Of a stretch of 64,000 nt of DNA, positions 7,963 to 17,217 are shown in pieces. The notes beneath the pieces are model-generated. The model was given only the letters and a program-made list of their open reading frames with translations, did not search any database and had not been told where the DNA came from. The stretch spans positions 3,995 to 67,994 of the forward strand of contig JAFRNW010000011.1 of assembly GCA_017429985.1 (NCBI GenBank), read 5' to 3'. How positions within the stretch are numbered: position 1 is the first letter of the stretch; the number at the start of each line of letters is the position of its first letter. Made by a program: the position numbers and the translations under genes. This DNA is from Clostridia bacterium (lineage in GTDB: Bacteria > Bacillota > Clostridia > Christensenellales > CAG-138).

Positions 7963-7986
7963 ATGAATAGTCTGTCGGTCAAAAGC

Positions 7987-10335
7987 TCACTCGACTTCGT
8001 CCTTCAGTGCGGAGAAGAGATCCGCAAGAGAGGTGGTTGCGCTCTCTACCGGAGGCAGATCGTAATCACCGTCTTCACTGTTGCGGCGACGCTCGGAACG
8101 CTCACGGCGCTCTCCGCCTTCGGACGCATTCTTTTCACGAGCCTGACGCTTCGCTTCATTCGCGGCCTGCTGCTGTTCGCGCTCCTTGGCACGCTGCTCC
8201 ATGCGCTCCTGATGGATGCGCTCGCGCTCCGCCTTTTCCTTCTCGACCTGCGCTGCGATCTCAGGATCCTCCTCGATCAGCGCTTCCTTGCGGCTGAGGC
8301 TGATCCGCTTTGCTTCCGGATTCACTTCCAGAACTTTGCAGCGGACGATATCGCCGACCTTCAGCTCGTCTTCCACCTTCTCAACGCGGTGAATGCCGAC
8401 CTGGGAAATGTGGATCAGACCGTCGATCGTGGACTCCAGCGCAACAAATGCGCCGAACGGTACGATGCGGACGACTTTGCCTTCCACGATGCTGCCGATC
8501 GGATACTTCTGGTCGGCCAGCGTCCAGGGCTTCGGCTGAAGCTGCTTATAGCCCAGAGATACTCTTTCCTTATCGGCGTCCACGTTGAGGATCAGCGCTT
8601 CGATCTCCTGGCCGATGGACAGGATGTCGGAAGTATGCTTGACTCTTCCCCAGCCGACGTCCGTGATATGGACGAGACCGTCGATCCCGCCGATGTCAAC
8701 AAACGCGCCGAAATCGGTGATGCGGCGGACGATACCCTTGACCTTCTCGCCGACAACCAGCTTGGACCATTTCTCGCGCTTCGCGTTCAGGATCTCCTCC
8801 TGGAGAACTTTCTTCTGGGAAGCGACGATGCGCTTGCGCTGTTTGTCCACTTCGAGAACCTTCAGCTTCATCGGCTTGCCGATGAACTCCTGCAGATTCT
8901 CCGTATATTTGAGAGAAACCTGGGAAGCAGGAACGAAAGCACGGATCCCGTTGATGTCCGCAATCATGCCGCCCTTGACGACTTCCTTGCCGACTGCCTC
9001 AAAGACCTTGTTCTCAATGTCTTCGTCATCAAGAAGCCTGTCCCAGATTTTCTTGCTCTCGACATTCTTCCGGCTGAGCAGGACGTTGCCTTCGCCGTCG
9101 TTGACCTTCAGGACTTCCACCTCGATCTCGTCGCCCTCTTTGAAGAGATCCTCGGGCTTGACTTCGCTGTCACTGGAGAACTCATCCTTCGGGATGATAC
9201 CGTCGGATTTATACCCGACATTCACATACACTTCGCCGTCCACGATCTGAAGGACGGTACCGGTGATCCACTGACCATTACGAATCCTGGTAAGCGTTTT
9301 CTCAAACGCCTTGGCAAAGTCAGAATTGTCTTCTTCCTGAGGTTCCGGCTTTACTTCGGCTGCCTCATCGTTGCTCTTTGCTTCAGACGCAGGAGCTTCT
9401 TCGCTTACCTGTACGGTGACTTCCTCCGGGTCTTTGGCGGGTTCTGCTGTTGCGACGACCTCCTCAGCGGGAGCCTCCGCTTCGATGGTTTCGATCGTCG
9501 TCTTTTCCTGTTCGCTCATTCCTTGTATAACCTCCATAATCATGCGGTCGGGGGTCGATGCGCCCGCGACTATACCTATTATATCATCGCTTTGCAACTT
9601 GGCAAGAGTAAAATTATCCGTGTTTTCCACCGTTTCCGTGGCCTCGCAGAGGCCTCTGCAGATCTCCGCAAGCTTGGCTGTATTGGCTGAATTTCTGGAG
9701 CCGATCACGTAAACGCGGTCCGCTTTTTCCGCGATCGTCTTCGCCTCCGCCTGCCTCTGCCGGGTCGTGTCGCAGATCGTTTCGAACACTTTCAAATCGG
9801 CGCACTTTTCTTTCAGCGTCTCCACGACCTCGGAATATCTGTCCTGGAGCATCGTCGTCTGCGCGACCACGCACCCGCGTTCCACAGGCTCGACGCTCTC
9901 TGCGTCCTGCCGGGTCTGCAGGACGACCGCACCCGGTCCGGCATATCCGCGGATCCCGATCACCTCCGGGTGATCGGCCTTTCCGACGATGAACACCTTC
10001 CGGCCCTCCCCGGATGCCTGCTCAACGAGATGATGGATCCTTTTGACGAAGGGACAGGTGGCGTCCACCACGGTTACGCCGCGTCCGGCGCAGTCACGGA
10101 TCACTTCGGGGGGAACTCCGTGCGCGCGAATAATAAGCGTATCGCCCGCTGATACATCGGAAACGGATGAAGCAGGAATGATCCCCTTTTCCTTCAGCTC
10201 GTCGACTACGTTTTCATTATGAATGATATTGCCGTATGTGTAGACCGTTCCGGATTCCGCTTTCCGTTCCGCGAGTTCAACAGCCCGTTTCACGCCGAAA
10301 CAGAATCCGCAGTGTTTCCCGATCAGAATCCTCAA
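7987..10335 (-). CDS. ispH: Bifunctional 4-hydroxy-3-methylbut-2-enyl diphosphate reductase (IspH) / ribosomal protein S1
   Basis: N-terminal GKHCGFCFGVKRAV IspH, then four S1 repeats (e.g. GIVRRITDFGAFVDIGGIDGLVHITD, GKVVRIVPFGAFVALESTIDGLIHISQ) and a charged tail. Confidence 0.9.
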   Translation of the reverse strand: MRILIGKHCGFCFGVKRAVELAERKAESGTVYTYGNIIHNENVVDELKEKGIIPASSVSDVSAGDTLIIRAHGVPPEVIRDCAGRGVTVVDATCPFVKRIHHLVEQASGEGRKVFIVGKADHPEVIGIRGYAGPGAVVLQTRQDAESVEPVERGCVVAQTTMLQDRYSEVVETLKEKCADLKVFETICDTTRQRQAEAKTIAEKADRVYVIGSRNSANTAKLAEICRGLCEATETVENTDNFTLAKLQSDDIIGIVAGASTPDRMIMEVIQGMSEQEKTTIETIEAEAPAEEVVATAEPAKDPEEVTVQVSEEAPASEAKSNDEAAEVKPEPQEEDNSDFAKAFEKTLTRIRNGQWITGTVLQIVDGEVYVNVGYKSDGIIPKDEFSSDSEVKPEDLFKEGDEIEVEVLKVNDGEGNVLLSRKNVESKKIWDRLLDDEDIENKVFEAVGKEVVKGGMIADINGIRAFVPASQVSLKYTENLQEFIGKPMKLKVLEVDKQRKRIVASQKKVLQEEILNAKREKWSKLVVGEKVKGIVRRITDFGAFVDIGGIDGLVHITDVGWGRVKHTSDILSIGQEIEALILNVDADKERVSLGYKQLQPKPWTLADQKYPIGSIVEGKVVRIVPFGAFVALESTIDGLIHISQVGIHRVEKVEDELKVGDIVRCKVLEVNPEAKRISLSRKEALIEEDPEIAAQVEKEKAERERIHQERMEQRAKEREQQQAANEAKRQAREKNASEGGERRERSERRRNSEDGDYDLPPVESATTSLADLFSALKDEVE

Positions 10336-10935
10336 TTACCTGTTTTCCTCGACCTTCTTCTTCAATTCCGTCATGCTGTCCTGCATCACCTGCGTCAGGA
10401 TCTCCAGGGGCTTGCCTTTCCTCCCCGCCGTCACCTCTTTCGGCTGGATCGGCTCGCCGACCGCCATGGTGATCTTGCATCTTCTTCTCACCTGCGGATC
10501 CGCATACACCGGAATGATCGGCATGCCGGATTTCAGGGAGAGGAAAGCAGCGCCTTTTTCGAAATGATCCATGGAACCCGTGGGAGATCTGCGTCCCTCC
10601 GGAAAAATGCCGAATACCTTCCCGCTTTTCAGAATGGTCATCGCGTGTTTCAGGGAGGTTACGTCCACGTTGTCACGGTCTACCGGGAAGGCAAACAGCA
10701 TCCTGCGGAGAAAGAAATCCCCGAGCTTTGTCCTGAACGCCTCTTTCTTCGCCATGAAATGAATCCATCTGGGACAGACCAGGGCAATAAAGATCGGATC
10801 CATCACGCAGAAATGGTTGCTGATGATGATCGCGCCCCCTTCGAACCGCAGCCGCTCATGATTCAGCACCTTCGGCCTGAACAGAAGCCAGAGAAGCGGA
10901 CCCGCCAAAAGATATTTTCCAAGAACGTACAGCAT
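10336..10935 (-). CDS. plsC: 1-acyl-sn-glycerol-3-phosphate acyltransferase
   Basis: HX4D motif NHFCVMDP and FPEGRRS. Confidence 0.8.
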   Translation of the reverse strand: MLYVLGKYLLAGPLLWLLFRPKVLNHERLRFEGGAIIISNHFCVMDPIFIALVCPRWIHFMAKKEAFRTKLGDFFLRRMLFAFPVDRDNVDVTSLKHAMTILKSGKVFGIFPEGRRSPTGSMDHFEKGAAFLSLKSGMPIIPVYADPQVRRRCKITMAVGEPIQPKEVTAGRKGKPLEILTQVMQDSMTELKKKVEENR

Positions 10936-11609
10936 TACAGTTCCTCGATTTTCCGGACGAGATAGTCAACGACTTCCTCGGCCGTCATGTCCGTCGTATC
11001 CACGACCGTCGCATCCTCCGCGATCCTGAGCGGCATATAGGCGCGTCCCATGTCGTTTGCGTCGCGCTTTGCGATCTCGTCCTTCACCTCTTCCAGTATC
11101 TTGCCCGTCTCGCCGCGCTGCTCCATCTCATGGAGCCTGCGCCTCGCGCGCTCCTCGACGCTGGCGGTGATATAAAACTTATAGGGCGTGTTGGGAAGCA
11201 CGTTGGTCGTGATGTCCCTGCCGTCCATGATGATGTCGTACTGCATTCCGACCCGCCGCTGCATCTCCGCGAGTTTCTGCCGGACCGGAGGATGAAGCCC
11301 CACATTGGACGCCCCCATGGACAGCTCGGGCGTCCTCAGCAGTCCCGTAACGTCCTCATCGCCGAGGAACACGTGCTGGGACCCGTCTTCCATATACTTT
11401 ACGCGCACGTCCGCGCCGTCCAGAATGGAAGCCATCCCTTCCGGATCCTCCGGCCGAACCCCGCAGCGGATCGCATACAGCGCCATCGCGCGGTACATCG
11501 CGCCGGTATCCAGATACCGGATGCCGAGTCTCTTCGCCAGGGCTTTCGCCGCAGTGCTCTTTCCGGCGCCTGCCGGTCCGTCAATTGCAATGTTCATTTT
11601 CTGGTTCAC
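10935..11609 (-). CDS. cmk: Cytidylate kinase
   Basis: IAIDGPAGAGKSTAAKALAKRLGIRYLDTGAMYRA. Confidence 0.9.
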   Translation of the reverse strand: MNQKMNIAIDGPAGAGKSTAAKALAKRLGIRYLDTGAMYRAMALYAIRCGVRPEDPEGMASILDGADVRVKYMEDGSQHVFLGDEDVTGLLRTPELSMGASNVGLHPPVRQKLAEMQRRVGMQYDIIMDGRDITTNVLPNTPYKFYITASVEERARRRLHEMEQRGETGKILEEVKDEIAKRDANDMGRAYMPLRIAEDATVVDTTDMTAEEVVDYLVRKIEEL

Positions 11610-12826
11610 AGTCCAATACTCCTTCCTGCCAGCACGCCGGTTGACCAGGCGATCTGCAGATTGAATCCGCCGGTCAGCGCATCCACGTCCAGCACCTCCC
11701 CGGCAAAAAACAGTCTTTTTATCAGCTTTGACTCCATCGTCGAGCTGTTGATCTCGGAAACGCTGACGCCGCCGCGGGTAATGATGGCCTCGTCGAACGA
11801 CCGCGTTCCGGAAACCGTCAGGCGCATCCCCTTCAATGCTTCCAGGAGATTCCTGCGGTCCGCCTTTGTAAAATCGGATACGTTCTTCTCTCCGCTAACG
11901 CCTGCCTCGGCAAAAACGGCATCCAGCAGTTTTGACGGCAGCAGCGCGTGGAACGCACCCTTCACCGTTTTCTGCCGGTTCTCCTCCAGATCGCGGAGCA
12001 GTCTCGCGTCCAGCGTCTGCTCATCCAGTGCAGGCTTCAGATCGACGGACACTTCCACGTTTTCGAAGGAATCCGCGATGACCGAGGACAGGGAAAGCAC
12101 CATGGGACCGGAAATCCCGAAATGCGTCAGGAGCAGTTCCCCGAGTTCCCTGAAGATCCTCTTCCCATTCCGTTTTGCCGTCATGCCGACGTTTTTCAGC
12201 GTCAGACCGGTCAGCGCGTAGGGCCATGACTCCTTTGTGCACAGGCCCACAAGGGAGGGCTTCGGCGGAATGACCGTATGGCCCGCCTCCGCGGCGAACC
12301 GGTACCCGTCCCCCGTCGATCCCGTCTGCGGATAGGAAACGCCTCCGGTGGCGACGATCACCGCGTCCGCGGACTCGGTTCCCGTCTCCGTGCGTACGCC
12401 GCGCACCCGGCCATCCGAAATCAGGATCCCCGTCACCTTTGTGCCGAGCCGGACCGCAACGCCATCAGAGTCCAGCTCCCTTCTCAGCGCCTTCAGCACG
12501 TCGCTGGATTTATCCGACACCGGAAACACCCTGCCGCCCCGTTCCGTTTTGACCGGAACGCCGTTCCTTTCGATCAGGGAGCAGATATCCGTATGATCGA
12601 ACGCGTTCAGCGCGCTGTACAGAAATCTCGGATTGCGTGTCACGTTGCGGATGAATTCGTCACGGTCGGCGGTATTGGTCAGATTGCATCTGCCCTTTCC
12701 CGTGATATACAGTTTCTTCCCGAGCTTTTCATTCTGCTCAAGAAGAACGGTCTCGTTCCCGTTCCTGGAAGCCTCCGCGGCAGCCATCTGGCCGGCCGCC
12801 CCGCCGCCGATCACAACGACTTTCAT
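11606..12826 (-). CDS. HI0933/YhiN-family FAD-dependent oxidoreductase
   Basis: MKVVVIGGGAAGQMAA Rossmann start and ..GKGRCNLTN... The ATG at 12826 overlaps the rpiR stop (ATGA). The 62-aa extension in the track is Arg/Gly-rich junk. Confidence 0.8.
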   Translation of the reverse strand: MKVVVIGGGAAGQMAAAEASRNGNETVLLEQNEKLGKKLYITGKGRCNLTNTADRDEFIRNVTRNPRFLYSALNAFDHTDICSLIERNGVPVKTERGGRVFPVSDKSSDVLKALRRELDSDGVAVRLGTKVTGILISDGRVRGVRTETGTESADAVIVATGGVSYPQTGSTGDGYRFAAEAGHTVIPPKPSLVGLCTKESWPYALTGLTLKNVGMTAKRNGKRIFRELGELLLTHFGISGPMVLSLSSVIADSFENVEVSVDLKPALDEQTLDARLLRDLEENRQKTVKGAFHALLPSKLLDAVFAEAGVSGEKNVSDFTKADRRNLLEALKGMRLTVSGTRSFDEAIITRGGVSVSEINSSTMESKLIKRLFFAGEVLDVDALTGGFNLQIAWSTGVLAGRSIGL

Positions 12827-13692
12827 GCCCTGTCCTCCGGCTCCCTGTCCATCAGGTACATGCCCTCCCTGGACCAGATCCGCTCCAGTTCCGCAAGGCT
12901 CTTCCTTGCGCTGTCCTGTCTGGCCTTTCCGACAGCGGAGAGCAGCGCGTTCAGCACCGACAGCGGAGCGACCAGGGAATCCGCGAATGATGCGATATCG
13001 CTTCTCGCGCAAAGGGTACAGTCGGAAAGGGCTGCGGCAGGCGATTCCTGGTTGTCCGTCATGACGATGATCTTCGCCCCGTGTTCTTTTGCAAAGCGCA
13101 TCGCGTTCAGCGTATGCACGTTGTACCTCGGAAAGCTCAGTCCGAAGCAGACGTCGTCGCTGCCGATGCGGATCATTTTATCAAACGCATCCTGCTCCAT
13201 TCCGCTGACTATGACGACATCCTCACGGATAAAGCTGAGGTAATAGGAAAAAAACTGCGCGGCGGCGTATGCGCTCCGGATCCCGATAATATAGACATGC
13301 TTCGCCTTCGCGATCAGATGCACGGCGTTGCTGAAGGACTCCGAATCGATCAGATCCATCGTCTGCCGGATGTTGTTCATGTCCAGCGTAAGGATCGTGT
13401 GCAGCATCTCGTCTTCCGGGATCGACGCGGCGGCCTGGCTTCTCTGCAGCGTCGTCTGACGGCGCCTGAGCAGCTCCTGCATCGCCTCCTGCATCTCCGG
13501 ATACCCGTCCAGACCGATCGAGTAGGCAAAACGGACCACGGTCGATTCGCTGACCCCGACCGCCTCTCCGAGTTTTGCAGCCGTCATCAGCGCAGCGCGG
13601 TCATAATACCGGACGATATAGTCTGCGATCCGGTTCTGTCCTTTTGAGAACCGGCTCCTGTGATTCTCGATTCGTTTCAGTAGCCCTTCCAT
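12823..13692 (-). CDS. MurR/RpiR-family transcriptional regulator (HTH + SIS domain)
   Basis: ..IADYIVRYYDRAALMTAAKLGEAVGVSESTVVRFA.. followed by a SIS-like domain. Confidence 0.85.
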   Translation of the reverse strand: MEGLLKRIENHRSRFSKGQNRIADYIVRYYDRAALMTAAKLGEAVGVSESTVVRFAYSIGLDGYPEMQEAMQELLRRRQTTLQRSQAAASIPEDEMLHTILTLDMNNIRQTMDLIDSESFSNAVHLIAKAKHVYIIGIRSAYAAAQFFSYYLSFIREDVVIVSGMEQDAFDKMIRIGSDDVCFGLSFPRYNVHTLNAMRFAKEHGAKIIVMTDNQESPAAALSDCTLCARSDIASFADSLVAPLSVLNALLSAVGKARQDSARKSLAELERIWSREGMYLMDREPEDRA

Positions 13693-13859
13693 TGCCGTTC
13701 CTCCGAAATGCTCCTTGGGCTTTCAGTATAGCATGATTCAGCGGATGCAAACATCCTTTTTGCAGGAATCTTCCCTGCGTCCTGCATTTTTTGGTCAGTT
13801 GCCATCCGTGTTCCGATTTGTTAACATGGATAACAGCAATAGGAAAGGAACTTCATGCA

Positions 13860-14360
13860 ATGGAAGATTATAAAGACCTGTTCGCCGAAGCGATGACCCA
13901 GATGCAGAAAGGCGCTTTCCTCGTCGCGGACGACAATGTCATGACGATCGGATGGTGTCAGCTCGGAATCATCTGGGGCAAGCCGGTCTGTACGGTGTTT
14001 GTCCGGCAGAGCCGCTTCACGCACGATGTCCTGGAACATGCGGATCATTTCACCGTCAGCGTTCCGAAAATCGGGGAAATGGCGAAGGAACTCGGCTACT
14101 GCGCGACGCATTCCGGCAGAAATACCGACAAATTCATGGAAGGCGGAATCGCAAGGATCCCTTCCAGGTCGGATGCACCTGCAGGCGTGTCTGGCTGCTC
14201 GATGCACTTTGAATGCAGGATCCTGTCCAGAACGGAAATGGATCTTTCCAGAACCGACTCCGGGGTAACGGCCCGCTATTACGGGAGCAACCAGGCAACC
14301 CCCGACGGGGATCCCCATACGGTCCTGTTCGCCGAGATCCTGAACGCTTACAGGGAATAA
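13860..14360 (+). CDS. Flavin reductase-like (FMN-binding split-barrel) protein
   Basis: MEDYKDLFAEAMTQMQKGAFLV..TIGWCQLGIIWGKPV.. RBS AGGAAAGGAA lies before the ATG at 13860. Confidence 0.55.
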   Translation: MEDYKDLFAEAMTQMQKGAFLVADDNVMTIGWCQLGIIWGKPVCTVFVRQSRFTHDVLEHADHFTVSVPKIGEMAKELGYCATHSGRNTDKFMEGGIARIPSRSDAPAGVSGCSMHFECRILSRTEMDLSRTDSGVTARYYGSNQATPDGDPHTVLFAEILNAYRE

Positions 14361-14381
14361 CGGCCTCTTCCCGCAAGCCGA

Positions 14382-14410
14382 GGCAGGGATGTTCCGTCCC
14401 TGCCTTTTTT
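14382..14410 (+). terminator. Rho-independent terminator
   Basis: GGCAGGGA/TCCCTGCC stem followed by TTTTTT. Confidence 0.75.
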
Positions 14411-14432
14411 CGCCCCCGCCGGTCTGCCCGAA

Positions 14433-14470
14433 GCAAAAAAGACGGCATCCGGTAGAGTCCGGTCGCCGTC
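14433..14470 (-). terminator. Rho-independent terminator after htrA
   Basis: GACGGC..GCCGTC stem followed on the minus strand by UUUUUUGC. Confidence 0.6.
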
Positions 14471-14537
14471 CGAAGATGGGGGATACACGGGAATGAGTCC
14501 CGCGCTGTATGTCAGCCGCCTTACCGGCGGACAGACC

Positions 14538-15881
14538 CTATTGCTTGTCTGCAGGAGCGTATTCGCTGAAGGTAACGGTGAGTTCCATCTCCTGCCCGTT
14601 CCGCTGGATCGTCACCGTCGCGGTATCTCCCGCGTTATAGCGGCTGATCGTGGATGAAAGCACGTCGTTGGACGTGATCTTCGTATCCCCGATTTTCAGG
14701 ATCAGGTCGTTTGCCTGGATGCCTGCTTTATCCGCCGCATATCCCTTGATCACCTGCCCCACCTGCACGCAGAGGGTTTCGGAACCGCCGAAGTATCCCC
14801 ATCCGCTGCGGTCGGACCTGAGAGAGACATTCTGGGTATAAACGCCGAGGTAAGCCCTTCCGGTGACATATCCGTACTGGATGATGTCGTTGATGATCTG
14901 CTTGACATCATTGACCGGGATCGCGAAGCCGAGCCCCTCCGAATTCGTCGAGCTGTTGCTAGCCTTTGCGTTGACGATGCCGATCAGACTGCCGCTGGAG
15001 TTGAACAGCCCGCCCCCGGAACTTCCGGGGCTGATCGCCGCGTCATGCTGAAGAAGCGTCATTTCCGAGGATTCCACGTTGACCTTGCGGTTCAGCGCGC
15101 TGATCATACCGCCCGTGGCGGTGCCCCTCAGCTCGCCGAGGTGGTTTCCGATCGCGACGACGTCCTCGCCCACCGTCAGCATGTCCGAATCGCCGAGCGT
15201 TGCGGGAACAAGCCCGTCCGCGTCGATCTTGATGATGGCGAGATCGTTCCGTTCATCCGTCCCGATCACCTTCGCTTCATATTCGGTGTCGTCGTTCAGA
15301 ATGACCGTGACCTTGTCAGCGTCCTCCACAACATGGTTGCAGGTCACGATATATCCGTCGCTTGAAATCACAACGCCGCTGCCGGATCCCTTCACTTCCC
15401 GCGTCTGGCCCTGTCCGTTCCCGTATAAGCCGCCGAATCCGTAATAGATCCATGGATTCTGGCTGTATCCGACCTCGACGGTGGAATACACGTCGATCCC
15501 CACGACCGAAGGCGCGGCAATCTCCACGATCTGCGCCCTCGAATAGGTTCCGGACGGCGTCGTGCTCTGCTGGATCGCGGGAAGGACCTGTGTCTTCTGC
15601 TCCTTCACGGTCGTTTCGGTCTTTGCGCCCGTTTCACCGACGGACGCGGCGATCGAGGTCTCCGGAACGGCTGCGGCAGTCCTGGACGTTTTCGCTCCGA
15701 ACAGGCTCGCCGCCAAACCGCCGGCTGCTCCCGCGATCAGCGCAGTCGCCAGGATGCTGCATACCAGCACGGTGACGCTGACGCGTTTTTTCTTCTTTGG
15801 TTTCGGCTGCGCGTACGAGCCGCCGGACTGATTATTTCTCTGATACTCCTGATACTGTGTGTACCAATCGTTGTTTTCCAT
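14538..15881 (-). CDS. htrA: HtrA/DegP-family serine protease with N-terminal TM anchor and C-terminal PDZ domain
   Basis: Catalytic motifs TCNHVV, NDLAIIKID and SPGSSGGGLFN. RBS AAAGGAG lies 9 nt before the ATG at 15881. Confidence 0.9.
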   Translation of the reverse strand: MENNDWYTQYQEYQRNNQSGGSYAQPKPKKKKRVSVTVLVCSILATALIAGAAGGLAASLFGAKTSRTAAAVPETSIAASVGETGAKTETTVKEQKTQVLPAIQQSTTPSGTYSRAQIVEIAAPSVVGIDVYSTVEVGYSQNPWIYYGFGGLYGNGQGQTREVKGSGSGVVISSDGYIVTCNHVVEDADKVTVILNDDTEYEAKVIGTDERNDLAIIKIDADGLVPATLGDSDMLTVGEDVVAIGNHLGELRGTATGGMISALNRKVNVESSEMTLLQHDAAISPGSSGGGLFNSSGSLIGIVNAKASNSSTNSEGLGFAIPVNDVKQIINDIIQYGYVTGRAYLGVYTQNVSLRSDRSGWGYFGGSETLCVQVGQVIKGYAADKAGIQANDLILKIGDTKITSNDVLSSTISRYNAGDTATVTIQRNGQEMELTVTFSEYAPADKQ

Positions 15882-15939
15882 ATCGATCTGCTCCTTTCGC
15901 AGGGTCTGCATCTATCCGATGCTTTTATCTTAATCCGGA

Positions 15940-15988
15940 ATTATGAAAATCCAATATCCCGGATTTGTACAGATTATGGAGAATTATG
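15940..15988. promoter_or_regulatory. Three phased ATTATG repeats upstream of htrA (candidate regulator binding sites)
   Basis: ATTATG at 15940, 15973 and 15983, giving start-to-start spacings of 33 and 10 bp. Confidence 0.3.
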
Positions 15989-16064
15989 TACCTTTTATGG
16001 CAGCGCGCAGGACCGGAGACCGCGGCGCGGCGCACGTCGTCTCCGAAGCAGGCCATCCGGATCC

Positions 16065-16102
16065 GAAAAAAATAAAAAAGGCATGATCGCGAAAATCATG
16101 CC
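16065..16102 (-). terminator. Rho-independent terminator after rpmA
   Basis: GGCATGAT/ATCATGCC stem followed on the minus strand by UUUUUUAUUUUUU. Confidence 0.8.
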
Positions 16103-16162
16103 TGTCATATTTCATTTTTCTGTCTGTGTTTTCCAGTAAAAATGATGTATTACGCTCTGCGC

Positions 16163-16453
16163 TTATTCGGCGGCAGCCTCTTCGTAAACGCTGACCTGCT
16201 TTTTGCCTGCATGTTTCGTCTCATAACGGACGATTCCATTTACCTTGGCAAACAGGGTGTCATCCTTGCCGATCCCGACGTTTGTTCCGGGATGGAAATG
16301 AGTCCCGCGCTGACGAACGAGGATATTGCCTGCCAGCACATACTGACCGTCCGCACGCTTCGGTCCGAGACGCTTGCTTTCGCTGTCGCGGCCGTTACGA
16401 GAGGAACCGACGCCCTTCTTGTGCGCAAAACGCTGCAAATTCATCTGCAACAT
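16163..16453 (-). CDS. rpmA: 50S ribosomal protein L27 (with Prp-cleavable N-terminal extension)
   Basis: [30 protein letters not shown]. Confidence 0.95.
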   Translation of the reverse strand: MLQMNLQRFAHKKGVGSSRNGRDSESKRLGPKRADGQYVLAGNILVRQRGTHFHPGTNVGIGKDDTLFAKVNGIVRYETKHAGKKQVSVYEEAAAE

Positions 16454-16456
16454 GGT

Positions 16457-16786
16457 TCATACCTCCGTATCGTTAATCTTTAAGTAATCTGGGTACTCTT
16501 CGCGGATCGCCCCGACCGCGCACGCGAACGTGCCGAACAGGATTTCCGCGTCATGCATTTTCGCCGCATCAAGTCCTTCCCTGATCCGGCACCGGAAGGT
16601 CTTCCCGTCATCCGAGACATCGGCAGGTATTTCTGCTATCTCGGTGATCCCGTTTGCAAGCGCTATCGTCAAAGCGGATACCGCGCTGCACACGATGTCG
16701 TGACCTTCTTCCGCATACCCGGCATGTCCGCTGCATTCGATTCCGTGAATACAGCCGCTATGCCACAACAATCTGATCCGTATCAT
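16457..16786 (-). CDS. prp: Ribosomal-processing cysteine protease Prp (YsxB)
   Basis: ..GHAGYAEEGHDIVCSAVSALT.., located between rplU and rpmA. Confidence 0.9.
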   Translation of the reverse strand: MIRIRLLWHSGCIHGIECSGHAGYAEEGHDIVCSAVSALTIALANGITEIAEIPADVSDDGKTFRCRIREGLDAAKMHDAEILFGTFACAVGAIREEYPDYLKINDTEV

Positions 16787-16789
16787 ACA

Positions 16790-17095
16790 TCAGCCGATCG
16801 AAAGGATCTGGACTTTTGTATAGGGCTGGCGATGGCCGTTCTTCACGCGGATGTTCTTTTTCGGTTTATACCGGAAAACAACGACCTTCTCACCCTTGCC
16901 ATGCTCCAAGACCTTAGCCAGAGCCTTCACGCCTTCCAGAACGGGCGTTCCGACCTTGACACCGGCATCATCCGAAACAAGCAGTACCTCGAACTCGACA
17001 TCGCTGCCGACTTCCGCGTTCAGCTTCTCGACGAGAATCTCGTCGCCGGCTTCTACCTTGTACTGTTTCCCACCGGTTTGAATGATTGCATACAT
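16790..17095 (-). CDS. rplU: 50S ribosomal protein L21
   Basis: [25 protein letters not shown]. Confidence 0.95.
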   Translation of the reverse strand: MYAIIQTGGKQYKVEAGDEILVEKLNAEVGSDVEFEVLLVSDDAGVKVGTPVLEGVKALAKVLEHGKGEKVVVFRYKPKKNIRVKNGHRQPYTKVQILSIG

Positions 17096-17188
17096 TCGTG
17101 TTGCACCTCCTCTTACCAGACTCGCCCGGGACCGGTGATGCCCTAATTTTGGGCATACTTAGACCGTCTCAGTGCGGCTCACCGAACA
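17096..17188 (-). promoter_or_regulatory. Structured 5' leader of rplU (possible L21-leader type element)
   Basis: About 90 nt between the promoter and the RBS. CGGUGA...UCACCG closes a domain containing the hairpin AUGCCC-aaaauua-GGGCAU. Family not verified. Confidence 0.35.
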
Positions 17189-17217
17189 ATAATAACACAG
17201 CGAAATACCCGTGTCAA
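17189..17217 (-). promoter_or_regulatory. Candidate promoter of rplU-prp-rpmA
   Basis: The minus strand reads TTGACA-17 nt-TATTAT. The -35 overlaps the stop codon of the upstream ribonuclease gene. Confidence 0.5.

Noticed and set aside
7945-9690. 581-aa plus-strand ORF.
   Set aside because: It is antisense to ispH-rpsA. It consists of repetitive Leu/Asp/Arg-rich sequence mirroring the S1 repeats.
12827-13012. N-terminal extensions of track ORFs, e.g. 62 aa on the HI0933 flavoprotein, 58 aa on RNase G (18723..18896), 44 aa on lyxose isomerase and 35 aa on the ABC gene.
   Set aside because: The extensions are Arg/Gly/Cys-rich, overlap the upstream gene and lack an RBS. The internal ATGs have an RBS or stop-start coupling and match the family N-termini. 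The track also translates GTG/TTG starts as M.
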